From contig CAWJBJ010000004.1 in the NCBI GenBank assembly GCA_963841135.1, forward strand, positions 31,496 through 95,495: 64,000 nucleotides of DNA, read 5' to 3'. Of the stretch, positions 1 to 9,673 are shown one piece after another (positions within the stretch are counted from its first letter, which is position 1; each line of letters opens with the position of its first letter). The translations under genes and the position numbers were made by a program. The DNA comes from an uncultured Chloroflexia bacterium (GTDB lineage Bacteria; Chloroflexota; Limnocylindria; Limnocylindrales; CSP1-4). The notes beneath the pieces were generated by a model. The model had not been told where the DNA came from, searched no databases, and worked only from the letters and a program-made list of their open reading frames with translations.

Positions 1-3000
1 TAGCCGGCCTTGGTCTGGCCGACGACGGTCAGGTTGCCCGTGACGCCGATGGCGTCGGTCGGGACGTTGACCCGACCGCCGATCACGAGCGTTCGGGCGC
101 TGTTCGCGTTGAACTTGCCGCTCAGGCCCACGCTCGGTGCGCGAGTCCAGGGCACGGCCCGGGGTCGCCAGAGCGTAGAACTTCGCCCCGGTCAGATCCT
201 GGACGTAGTAGCCGGTGACATCGAGGATGAGGTGGGTCTGTCGCTGCCGGCCGTGGCAGCGTAGACGGCGGACAGCGACCCGTTCGCCGCGAGCTTGACC
301 GTGACCCCGTTGGCGCGGACGTCCCCGAGCGGGAAGTTGAGCGTGGAGGTCTGCGGGGTCATTGGTCGCGATCGGGCCCGAGGGCGACGAAGCCGGCCTT
401 GGTCTGGTTGACGACCGTGAGGTTGCCGGTGACCGCGATGGCGCCCGGCCGGGACGCCGCCGCGACCGGCGATCGCCCACGTGCGCGAGACGTTGGCCGT
501 GAACTTGCCGCTGAGGCCGTTGGCCGCGCGGGTGTCGAGGAGGCGGACCGGCGTCAGCGGTCTTGTAGGTCGCGCCGGTGTTGTTGGCGAGGAAGTAGCC
601 GGTCACGTCGAGGACGACATGGGTCGTCTTCCCGGCGGACGCCTTGTACACGATGCTGACCTTGCCGTCGGTGGCGAGCGGAGCTCGTGACGTTGTTCGC
701 CCGGACGTCCCCGATCGGGAAGTTGAGCGTCGAGGTGGACGGGCTGTTGTTCGGGGTCGGGCGTGATGGACGAGGTAGCCGGCGTGCGTTCTGCGCCGAC
801 GACGGTCAGGTTGCCGGTGATGGCGACCGCGTCGTTCGGGACGCCGAGGCGACCGGCGATCGCGACCGACCGTGCCGTGCTGGACGTGAACTTGCCTGAG
901 AAGGCCGACGCCGGTCCGCGTGTCGAGCATGCGGACCGCGGCGATCGGCACGAACGTGGTGGCGGGCGGCGGCGGCGTCGGCGCCGTCCCGACGATGAAG
1001 GTGCGCGTGGAGGAGGTGGCGATGATGTTGCCGGCCGCATCGAGCGCCCGGACCCGCCAGCAGTACGTGTCATTCGGGATGACGGTGGTCGGCCGCCCAT
1101 GAGGTCATGACGGTGGTGGCTGGTTGTACAGCAGCGAGGTGAAGGCGCAGGTGGCGGCGACCTCGACCTTGTAGGTGACCGCACCCACCGACGCCGCCCC
1201 ACGTCAGGAGGACGCGGTTGGACGCGACGACTGGCGCGCGTTCGCGGGCGACGACGAGCGCCGGAGCCGCGGCGGCCAGGACGAACGTCCGAGCCGCCGA
1301 CCAGGGGCCGGCTGCGTTGTCGGCATCGGCCCGGCGCACGCGCCAGGCGTAGGTGCCCGAGGCGAGCGACGTGCGTCGGCGCCCAGGCGGAGAACTTGGT
1401 CGTCTGGCTGAGGACCTTGTTGGCCGGCGAGAACAGCGGTGTCGCCGTTCTTGTAGATCTCGATCGGTGTAGGTGGCGGCGTACGCCTGCGGGGTCCACT
1501 GGAAGTACGGGACGCCGGACACCGATTGCGCCGTTGCGTCGGGAAGGTCGTGGTCAGCGCCGGAGAGGTCTTCGTGACCAGCCGCCGGGGCTCTTCGTCA
1601 GCGCGTTGCCGCTGCCGTCGATCGCCTGGACCCGCCAGTAGAGCGGGCCCTCGGGATAGGTCTTGTTGAACGGCGTGTAGGTGAACTGGTCGACGGTCGC
1701 GGTGTCGAAGATCGTCGCGAAGTCGGCGGCCAGCGAGACCTCGATCTTGTACGACCGGGCCTCCTGGTCGACGGCCGGTGACAGGTCCTGGTTGGTGAGC
1801 AGGTAGTCGCGCCAGGTGAAGGTGATCTGGTTCGCGACGACGGCCGAGGCGGCCGGCGTCTGGGGCTCGACCGCAGCCGAGTTCTTGCGGAACGCCGACG
1901 CGTTGTCGTTGGCGTTGGTCTGCGCATCCGGTCCGCACCGGGTGAGGTTGTAGTCGACGCACGGCTTGACGAACCAGAAGATGGCCTGGCCGGCCTGCTG
2001 GTCCAGGAGCGATTCGCGCGGGGTCAGGGTCGTGTGGACGCTGAGGTAGCGCTTGATCTCGTTGGTGAACTCGGCGTCATTGGCGAGCGTGATCTCGTAG
2101 GCGCCGGCGCCCGGGATCGGATCCCAGGAGATCGTGGGGGTGTCGGACAAGGTGGTGCACGCTGGCGATCAGCGTGCATCGCGGGCGGCTGGTCGTAGTC
2201 GCCCGAGCCGAGGCTCAACGGACCCGTGATGGTGAAGGTCGTCTCGGCGCTGGTGGCCAGCGGCAGGTCATCCTCGTCGTAGGCCTCGACCAGGAACTGG
2301 TAGGTGCCGGATGCGAGGGGCAGGGCCTTCGAGGTGAAGCTGGCGTACGGGATCCCGGCGGCTCCGCTCAACGGCGTGACGAAGTAGAGGCCTCCCTGCG
2401 GGGCGTAGCGGACCTTGTAGGTGAAGGCGCCGGTGTACGGCGCCCAGCTCATCTCGGGCATCCGGACGCTGGAGGAGCCGTCGGCGGGACTGGTGATCGT
2501 CAACGACGTATCGGTGATGACGGCGTCGAGCGAGAAGTGGAACCAGTCGCCACTGGACGGGACCACGCTCGCCGGTCGAGGCCGTCGATCGTCGTGACGT
2601 ACCACGAGAACGGCTCATCGGCCTCGTCGAGCAGCGACGTCGGCGTGTAGGAGGTCGCGTAGGTGGTGAAGGTGTCCGTTGCGCCGCCCTCCTCGCGGAT
2701 GTGGACGACGTAGCGCTCGATGTTGTCGACGGGGTCCCACGTCAGCGTCGGCGTCTGGACTGACGCGTTGTCGGCGGGACTTGTCAGCTCGGGGAGGTCG
2801 CTCTGGTAGATGAATCGGTAGGTGCTGGCCGCGTCGTCCGCGGACCACAGGCCGAGGATGTCGCGGGTGGCATCGATCGCCCGGACCTTCCAGTAGATCA
2901 GGTTGCCGGGCTCGGGCTCGAAGGTGCAGCCACCCGGCTCGCCGCCGGTGCCGCCATCACGCGCATAGGTCGTGATCTTCGTGTGGTTCGTGTAGCAGGT

Positions 3001-4136
3001 GGAATACGAGCTCGTCGGGAAGTTCGGGTCGTTGCCGATCCGGACTTCGTAGTGCGACGCGAGGGGCACCGGCGTCCAGGAGAGCGTCGGCGGGTCGACG
3101 ACCGGCACGGTGGCCGGCGCGCTCTCGTCCCAGGCCGGGGCGAGGATGACGGGGATCTGGGGCAGCGGCCAGTTGCGGGTGAACTGCCACTCGGTCGACC
3201 AGCCGCCGTTGTTGGCCGGGCTCCTGGCGTCCTTGGCCCGGACGCGCCAGTAGTACGAGCCGTTGTCGAGGTTGACCGGCGGTGTGTACTTGGTGCTCTT
3301 GATCGTGACGCCGAACGTCAGGTTGTTCTCCCAGTCGCCGTTCGGGCTGACCTGGAGCTCATAGGTCTTGGCGCCGATGACCGGCTGCCAGCTGAATGTG
3401 ACATCGCGCAGCGGCGTCCCGACGGCGTCGACGGGCCCGATCTGGGCCGGGACCGTGGGCCACTCGTAGACGTACTCGCGGTCGGCCGACCAGTCACTGA
3501 CGACGCCGCCGGTCGACGAGGTCGCCCGGACGCGCCAGAAGAAGAGCTGGCCGACCGTCTGCGGCTCGGTCAGCGTGAAGCTCGTGTTGTTCGTCGTGTA
3601 GGTGGCGGGGAGGATGAAGTCGCTCGCGTCGTCGATCTCGAGCGTGTAGGACTTCGCGCCGGCGAGCGGGTTCCATCGGAAGAGGACGGGCTCGGTCGGG
3701 AAGGAGATGACGTCGCTGAGTCCGGGGGCGACGATCGTCGGCGCGGCACCCCATTGCTTCTGGAACGTGCCGTCGGTGTAGGTGCCGATGCCGGAGCCGC
3801 CATCGGTCGCCGCGACCCGCCAGTACAGGGTCCCGAGCGGGAGGTCGGTCGAGCGGCGTCGCCTTGATGTTGACGGTGTCCTGGTTGTAGGCGAACGACG
3901 CGAACGACGGGGCTCGTCGAGACCTGGACGCGGTACTTGACCGCGCCGCTGACCGCCGACCACGACAGCACCGGATTGCCCGTGACGACCTGGCCCTCGG
4001 ACGGGGCGAGGAGGGTCGGCGACCCGGATGGGGGCGCGGCCAACGCGGACATCGGCAGCAGGCCGATGATCAGCAGGGCGGTCAGCGCGGCGGTCGTCAG
4101 GCGACCGCTCGAGGCGGCAAGGTCGCGAAGTAGGAT
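1..4136 (-). pseudogene. Giant secreted surface/adhesin-like protein: signal peptide, multiple fibronectin-III-like repeats, C-terminal tandem LDTR/GNLTVV modules. The 3' end runs off the window and the frame is broken at least 8 times.
   Basis: Minus-strand ORF fragments 3570-4298, 2500-3963, 2024-2605, 1554-2150, 1204-1962, 1070-1522 and 603-1499 join into one protein when the frame is switched. N-terminus has a signal-peptide-like RLTTAALTALLIIGLLPMSALAAP, preceded by SD GGAGGAA (revcomp of 4141-4147). Recurrent FN3-like pattern P(T/V)LSW.PV.GA..Y.(V/L)QVS....F......T.YTP..L..G.YYWRVRA. The start codon is uncertain (possibly ATC at 4136, or upstream ATG at 4274/4298). Confidence 0.6.
2..965 (-). 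repeat. Tandem coding repeat, period about 386-389 bp, about 2.5 copies (unit starts at 2, 391, 777)
   Basis: AGCCGGCCTTGGTCTGG..GACG..GTCAGGTTGCC.GTGA recurs at 2, 391 and 777. On the minus strand each unit encodes a ~130-aa module: LDTR..G.GLSGKF....R...I.G...VP.DA.A(V/I)TGNLTVV.QTKAG....STLNFP.GDVRAN.V.V.L...G......THL(I/V)LDVTGY. Confidence 0.75.
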
Positions 4137-4344
4137 GGGATTCCTCCCGTTTCCGATCGCGCGCAGGGCGCGACCGTTATCGTCAGCAATGCGGAGATCG
4201 AGTCCACCGTAGTGGCGCCAGGGGGTCGTCGACCATCGGTGAGCGGTCAAGAACGTCGGGGCCAACTGGGGCATAGACGCCGCGTCGTGGATGTGCATCC
4301 CGGCAGCCGGCTGGACCGCCGCTGGCGCTGCTCGCGAACCGCGC

Positions 4345-5910
4345 TCAGTCCCCCGGTGTCGTCTGGATGGGGACGACGTTCAGGACGGAGTCGTCGAAGG
4401 CATACGTGACATCGGGCTGGCGCGGGACCTGGGTTCCCATGTAGGCGTTGGTCAGCGTCCCGATGAGGTTGACGGGCGTCGTGGGCTCGCGGAAGAGCTC
4501 GGGATGCCCGGGAGTCAGCGTCGCCAGGAACGAGCTGGATCGTTCCTCGAGGTCGGCGGTCATCGGAGCGTCGTCATCCCAGCCGATGTCGGAACCGTGG
4601 TCCGAGAAGACCACGACCGCGGGCGGGACGGTCGACGCGGAGCGCATGGCGTCGATCGCCTCGATCGTCATCCGACCGATGGCCTGCACGTTGGCTGCCT
4701 CCCTTGCCGCCCGCCCGCTGGAGGCCTCCCCTGGATCCGGCAAGTCCCACCTCGAGTCCGGTCCAGGATCCGCGTCGGCGCCGGTCGCGGTGTAGACGAG
4801 CGGGGGATGCGGCGCCGGGACATGGATGAAGACGAAGCGCGGTCGGGTGTGGGGCTCGGCCGCGACCGCCGTCGCGGCATCGAACGCCGCGTCGATCCGG
4901 GTCCGGATCACGTCGGCCAAGCCATATGGATCGATCGCCTGGAGAAGCTTGCCGACGGCGGTCTGGCGGACCACCACCAGCTCGAACTCGCTGATGCCCG
5001 GGGCCTCGATCCGTCGATCGACCGTCCGGATGTCGAGGTGGCTCCAGCCCGATGAGACCCACACGAGGTCGTAGCCGGCGGCTCGGATCGCCGCCAGCCC
5101 AGCCGACCGCTCCATGACCGCGCGGAGTCGCCGCGCGTCGGCCGACTGGTCCGGGCCGTGCGGCGCCGCCAGCTCGGGGATGTCGGCGATGTGCCGCCCT
5201 TCGAACATGGCGGCAAGGACGATCCGGGTGATGAGGTAGTTGGTCCTGGCGTCGGCATGGACGGTGAAGCCCCGTTCTTCCAGGGCGGCCGGGAACACGG
5301 TGGCATCCAGGCCGGGCAGCCGGGTCGAGGCGGTGGATCCCGGATATCCGTCCAGGAGGTACACGAAGATGTCCGGGCTTCCCGGCGGCGGCATCGGACG
5401 GTCCGCAGGACCGGGCAGCGGAAGGAACGGTTCCTGGACCACGAACAGGAACCCCGGGCGTCCCGCGGCGCTGATGATGGCCGCCAGCATGACGACGGTC
5501 GCGATGACCTCGAGGAGCCGCGTTGCGGTCGTCGTGACGCGAAGGATGGTGCCCTGTGGGACATGACCGATCAGGACCACCGCGGCCGCGACGATGATCA
5601 GGAGGATCCGCCCCTCGGTCCGATCGGTGATCAGGCCGATCATCACCGCCGATGTCGCGATCGCTCCGAGTCGCCGATCACGGGCGAGCCAGCCGAGCAG
5701 GAGGGTCATGCCCGTCGTGACGAGCACCGCGATCACGACCGGTCGGACGATCTCCAGGAGGCTGATCTCCGACGTGCCCCAGATGAACACGATGATCGTG
5801 AGCGGGAACGCCGACGGGTACGCGATGGTCGCCAGTCCCGAACGACCGCGGGCGGGCCTGGGCGGGGCGGGCTTCGGCTCGCTTGGTGCTTCTGCGACCG
5901 GCGCGTCCAT
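4345..5910 (-). CDS. Membrane-anchored alkaline-phosphatase-superfamily enzyme (sulfatase / LTA-synthase / phosphotransferase-like)
   Basis: Real start is the ATG at 5908-5910 (MDAPVAEAPSE), overlapping the stop of the upstream gene (ATGA). It has about 5 N-terminal TM helices. The extracytoplasmic domain carries IFVYLLDGYPGS, FVFIHVPAPHPPL and VVVFSDHGSD motifs typical of the sulfatase/AP fold. The 5' 130 codons of track ORF 4345-6300 are spurious. Confidence 0.55.
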   Translation of the reverse strand: MDAPVAEAPSEPKPAPPRPARGRSGLATIAYPSAFPLTIIVFIWGTSEISLLEIVRPVVIAVLVTTGMTLLLGWLARDRRLGAIATSAVMIGLITDRTEGRILLIIVAAAVVLIGHVPQGTILRVTTTATRLLEVIATVVMLAAIISAAGRPGFLFVVQEPFLPLPGPADRPMPPPGSPDIFVYLLDGYPGSTASTRLPGLDATVFPAALEERGFTVHADARTNYLITRIVLAAMFEGRHIADIPELAAPHGPDQSADARRLRAVMERSAGLAAIRAAGYDLVWVSSGWSHLDIRTVDRRIEAPGISEFELVVVRQTAVGKLLQAIDPYGLADVIRTRIDAAFDAATAVAAEPHTRPRFVFIHVPAPHPPLVYTATGADADPGPDSRWDLPDPGEASSGRAAREAANVQAIGRMTIEAIDAMRSASTVPPAVVVFSDHGSDIGWDDDAPMTADLEERSSSFLATLTPGHPELFREPTTPVNLIGTLTNAYMGTQVPRQPDVTYAFDDSVLNVVPIQTTPGD

Positions 5911-6797
5911 CAGGAAGGCGCGGCCGGGGGCTCGAGGCCCGAGGGCTCGAGCGGCGGCGGCCCGGCCGCCTCGGCGGACGATCCCGAGCTGGACGGTCGC
6001 GACAGGAGCAGACAGGCCGCGCAGATCGCGAACCCGCTGACCCACAGGACCGGGAGTGCCAGCGTAGCGGCGAGCGGGACCGTCCAGCGCCGGTCGGTCA
6101 GGGCGCCCCATACGACCACCACGACCGCCAGTGGCAGCCGTAGGACCAGCGGGAGACCGATCTGGAACTGCGTCACCGATCCGCCCTCCGGCGTCGTCGA
6201 GAGGAAGTGGATCCAGTCGGCCCAGAGCCGGCCGTCGACCGCGAACGACACCACGACGATCGCGGCCGTCACGCCCGTCGCGGTCGCCAGGGCCCGCCAC
6301 TCACGCCGGACCGCGAACCAGATGAGGCCGATCCCGGGCGTCACCTTGGTCAGCACGACGAACGCCCACGTCCATGGATACCGGAAGCCCAGGACGATCG
6401 CGGCCGCGATCCACAGGTGGACGTTGCCGTGGTACAGCTCCAGCGCGACCGGAGGGAACGCGAGCAGCCAGACCGTCCGAACGCCGCGCCCGCCCAGGAA
6501 GACGAGGTTGCCGAGCAGCAGCGCCGTCCAGACCCACAGGAAGGCCGCCCAGGGGATCGCGCCGAGTGGGTCGAACAGCCGAGCCATCGGCGGCGAGTAG
6601 TTGAACGCCCCGAGCCCGCCGACGCCGGTACCGTACGGGTTGCTTCCGTCGACGGACCAGTACGCGAACGCGTCGAACCCGAAGGTCCCCGCGCTGGGGG
6701 CGATGATGACGAAGAGGTACAGGGTGAACAGCAGCCCGGCGAGGATCGCCCCGTCTCGAAGTGGCCGGAGCAGTCGCCTCCGGGAGGTCGTCGCCAC
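5910..6797 (-). CDS. DUF2029/GT87-like polyprenol-phosphate-sugar-dependent membrane glycosyltransferase (GT-C)
   Basis: 295-aa polytopic membrane protein. First loop GFDAFAYWSV...NPY...FNYSPP. LYHGNVHLWIAAAIVLG and LTKVTPGIGLIWFAVRREWRA resemble PimE-type mannosyltransferase motifs. Confidence 0.55.
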   Translation of the reverse strand: MATTSRRRLLRPLRDGAILAGLLFTLYLFVIIAPSAGTFGFDAFAYWSVDGSNPYGTGVGGLGAFNYSPPMARLFDPLGAIPWAAFLWVWTALLLGNLVFLGGRGVRTVWLLAFPPVALELYHGNVHLWIAAAIVLGFRYPWTWAFVVLTKVTPGIGLIWFAVRREWRALATATGVTAAIVVVSFAVDGRLWADWIHFLSTTPEGGSVTQFQIGLPLVLRLPLAVVVVVWGALTDRRWTVPLAATLALPVLWVSGFAICAACLLLSRPSSSGSSAEAAGPPPLEPSGLEPPAAPS

Positions 6798-6847
6798 CGA
6801 CGCATAGTACGGGGTCGGTTGCGCGCCTCAGGCCCGATACTTCGGCG

Positions 6848-7975
6848 ATGACGGCGACGCGCGGGCTCCTCGGACCAGGGACGCGCGCCACGGCGGCGAT
6901 CCGGGTCGTGCTGGCAGCGGTGGTCGTGCTCGTGAGCACCGCGAGCGCGATCCGCCTGGTGACGACCACCCCGGTCGGGATCGACCTGCTCATCCCGCTG
7001 AAGGCGGCCGAGCGATGGCTGGACGGCGGCGTGGTCTATCTCCCCGACGCGTTCACCGATCCCGGGGCGCTGCCGCCGTTCCTGTACCCGCCGTTCGTGC
7101 TGCCGTTCGTCGCCCCGCTGACGGCGCTTCCGGAGCTGGCCCTGCGCTGGGCATGGGTGCTCGGGACGCTGGCGGTCGGCTGGTGGTCGTTCCGTTGGAT
7201 GGGCCTGGGGCTCATCCCGGCGACGGTGGGTCTGGTCTGGATCCCGATGGCGGAGGGGGTCTGGACCGGCAACGTCTCGGTCGTGATCTTCCTCGCGTTC
7301 GTCGCGGCCTTCTGGCATCGCTCGGGCGACGGCGGGCCTGCGCGACCTCGGCAGCTGGACGTTCCGGGCGAGACGGGTCCGCGGGTCGGCTTCCTCGCGG
7401 CGTCCCTCGCGGCCCTCAAGCCGTCACAGGTGCACGGCTGGCTGGCGGTCCTGCGCCGGCAGCCCCGTTCGGCGGTCCTCGGCGTCGTGCCCTGGGTCGT
7501 CGTCGTCCTGCTGACGCTGCCGCTCACCGGCATCGGACCCTACTTCGACTGGATCGGCCAGGTCCGCCTCGCGGCCGATCCGCAGTGGCCGATGATGGGC
7601 GTGTCCCTGCTCGCCTACCTGCCGGCGATAGCCTTCGGCGCCCTGGTCGCGGGCTCGCTGGCCGTCGCGTGGCTGCTGCGCGGTCCCGACACCGGCGCCT
7701 GGCTGGGGATCCTGATGTTCCTGGTCACCCCGAACATGCACAGCTTCAACGGCCTGTTCCTCGTGCCGGCCATGCTCCTGATCCGCCGCGAGTTCGCGCT
7801 CGTGGCAGCCATGCTGATGGCCACGTACTCGGCGCAGGGCTGGTGGCTGGGCGCGGCGATCGTCGTCGCGACGATGCTCGTCGGCACGAGGTGGCCCATC
7901 GCCCGCGAGGCGCAGGACGTCCCCGGATCGCCGCCGAACGGTCCCGTGGGGGCGCCGACCGCCGCGTCGGACTAG
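6848..7975 (+). CDS. DUF2029/GT87-like membrane glycosyltransferase (GT-C), divergent from 5910-6797
   Basis: Start taken at ATG 6848 (MTATRGLLG). LKAAERWLDGGVVYLPDAF....PPFLYPPFVLPF first-loop motif, WTGNVSVVIFLAFVAAFW, LAALKPSQV. Many TM helices. Confidence 0.5.
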   Translation: MTATRGLLGPGTRATAAIRVVLAAVVVLVSTASAIRLVTTTPVGIDLLIPLKAAERWLDGGVVYLPDAFTDPGALPPFLYPPFVLPFVAPLTALPELALRWAWVLGTLAVGWWSFRWMGLGLIPATVGLVWIPMAEGVWTGNVSVVIFLAFVAAFWHRSGDGGPARPRQLDVPGETGPRVGFLAASLAALKPSQVHGWLAVLRRQPRSAVLGVVPWVVVVLLTLPLTGIGPYFDWIGQVRLAADPQWPMMGVSLLAYLPAIAFGALVAGSLAVAWLLRGPDTGAWLGILMFLVTPNMHSFNGLFLVPAMLLIRREFALVAAMLMATYSAQGWWLGAAIVVATMLVGTRWPIAREAQDVPGSPPNGPVGAPTAASD

Positions 7976-8026
7976 CCAAATCGTACGGGTCGGCGAGCGC
8001 CGACCCGGTGCTACGCTGCACCGGCC

Positions 8027-9673
8027 GTGCGTATCCCCTTACTGCTGTACGGGCTCGCCCTGGCCGTTCGGGCGGTGCTCATCTGGCACTTCCCGGAGCC
8101 GGCCTACCCCGATTCGTCCTATTACGTGGACGTCGCGCGGGCGCTGCATGGCGGGCAGGGCTTCACCGTCGACTTCGTCTGGATCTTCGCCGAGGTCGGC
8201 GGCGCGATCCCGGCCGCTCCTGCCCTGCCGATCCCGTCCAACGCGCACTGGATGCCGCTCGCGTCGATCGTCCAGGTGCCGTTCCTCGCGATCTTCGGGA
8301 ACGTGGCGTGGGCCTCGGCCGCGCCCTTCGCGCTCATCGGCGCGCTGGCAGCGCCCCTGACATGGGCGATCGCGCGCGATGCCGGAGCCCGCTCCTGGGT
8401 GCCCGTCGGCGCGGGCGTGCTCGTGGCGGTCCCCCTCCTGTCTGCGGTCTACCTGGTCCAGCCCGACAACTTCTCGCTCTATCAGCCACTGGTCGCCGGA
8501 TCGTTGTGGATGGCGGCCCGCGGACTCAAGGGGTCCGGGCGCGCGTTCGCTGCCGCGGGCCTGCTCGCGGGCCTGGCCACGCTGTCCCGCAACGACGGCC
8601 TGCTGGTCCTCGCCGTCCTCGGCGCGGCGTTCGCCTGGGATCGCTGGCGCGCGTGGCGGTCGACAGGCGCGCGCCGTCCGGCGATCCCCGTCGGCGCCGC
8701 CGTCGCCTGCGTCGCCCTGTTCGCGATCGTGATGGCGCCCTGGTGGGCGCGCCAGCTCGCGGTCTTCGGATCGCTGTCGCCCTCGACGGCCTCGGGCAAG
8801 GTGCTGTTCATCCGCGACATCGGCGAGTGGAACAGCATCACGACCCCGGCGACCCTCGATCACCTCCTTGGCATGGGTCCCGGCCCGCTGATCGCCAGCC
8901 GGATCGGTGGGCTGATCGCCGCCGCCATGATCTTCATCACGCTCGTCGCCGGCTTCGTCCTGGCGCCGTTCATGGTCGTCGGCGGCTGGGCGCGACGGCG
9001 GTCGATCGACTTCGGGCCGTTCTTCCTGTATGCCGTTTTCCTGTTCGGGTTCTCTGCCCTGGTCTCCGCGGTCCACGTCCCGGGCGGGACGTTCATCCAC
9101 TCGGCTGTCGCGCTGGCGCCGCATTCCTACATCCTCGCCCTCGAGGGCATCGTGGTCGCGATCGCGTGGGTCGCCCGCCGGCGCCCGGCCTGGGATGCCG
9201 AGACGGCATCGCGGTTCTTCGTCGGCGCGGCCGTCGGGTTCGCGGTGCTGTGCACGGTCGTCGGGTCGCTGGTCGTCCATGCCAACTGGGCCAAGCGGGC
9301 GGAGCGATTTCGGGCGGTGGCGGCGACCCTCGACGCGGCCGGGGCCCCGGTGACCGACCGGGTCATGTCGATCGACGCCTCGGGGACCCGGTACTGGACC
9401 GGTCGGGGCGGGGTCGTGCTGGTCAACGACCCGCTCGACACCGTGGAGGCGGTCGCGCGCGCGTACGGGATCCGGTGGCTGGTCCTGGACTCGGGCGACA
9501 CCGTGACCGCGGCGGCTCCTATCCTGAGCGCCGACGAGCGACCCGCCTGGATCGGCCCGCCGCTGCGCGCCGACGTCGCCCCCGCCGTCGATGGGCGCAT
9601 CGGCCTCGGCGTCTACCCGGTGTGCCTCGACCCTGGGGATCTGCGCTGCGCCGCGCCTGGAGCCGCCTCATGA
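8027..9673 (+). CDS. GT39/PMT_2 (ArnT-like) GT-C glycosyltransferase
   Basis: GTG start. N-terminal motif FPEPAYPDSSYYVDVARALHGGQGF, at least 10 TM helices, C-terminal soluble domain. Stop overlaps the next start (ATGA at 9670-9673). Confidence 0.65.
   Translation: MRIPLLLYGLALAVRAVLIWHFPEPAYPDSSYYVDVARALHGGQGFTVDFVWIFAEVGGAIPAAPALPIPSNAHWMPLASIVQVPFLAIFGNVAWASAAPFALIGALAAPLTWAIARDAGARSWVPVGAGVLVAVPLLSAVYLVQPDNFSLYQPLVAGSLWMAARGLKGSGRAFAAAGLLAGLATLSRNDGLLVLAVLGAAFAWDRWRAWRSTGARRPAIPVGAAVACVALFAIVMAPWWARQLAVFGSLSPSTASGKVLFIRDIGEWNSITTPATLDHLLGMGPGPLIASRIGGLIAAAMIFITLVAGFVLAPFMVVGGWARRRSIDFGPFFLYAVFLFGFSALVSAVHVPGGTFIHSAVALAPHSYILALEGIVVAIAWVARRRPAWDAETASRFFVGAAVGFAVLCTVVGSLVVHANWAKRAERFRAVAATLDAAGAPVTDRVMSIDASGTRYWTGRGGVVLVNDPLDTVEAVARAYGIRWLVLDSGDTVTAAAPILSADERPAWIGPPLRADVAPAVDGRIGLGVYPVCLDPGDLRCAAPGAAS

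Noticed and set aside
7015-9669. First ~885 codons of the 1429-aa plus-strand ORF 7015-11304
   Set aside because: The translation is Arg/Pro/Gly-rich nonsense. It overlaps two well-supported membrane glycosyltransferase genes in other frames. Only the part from ATG 9670 is credible. This is a typical long spurious frame of GC-rich DNA.
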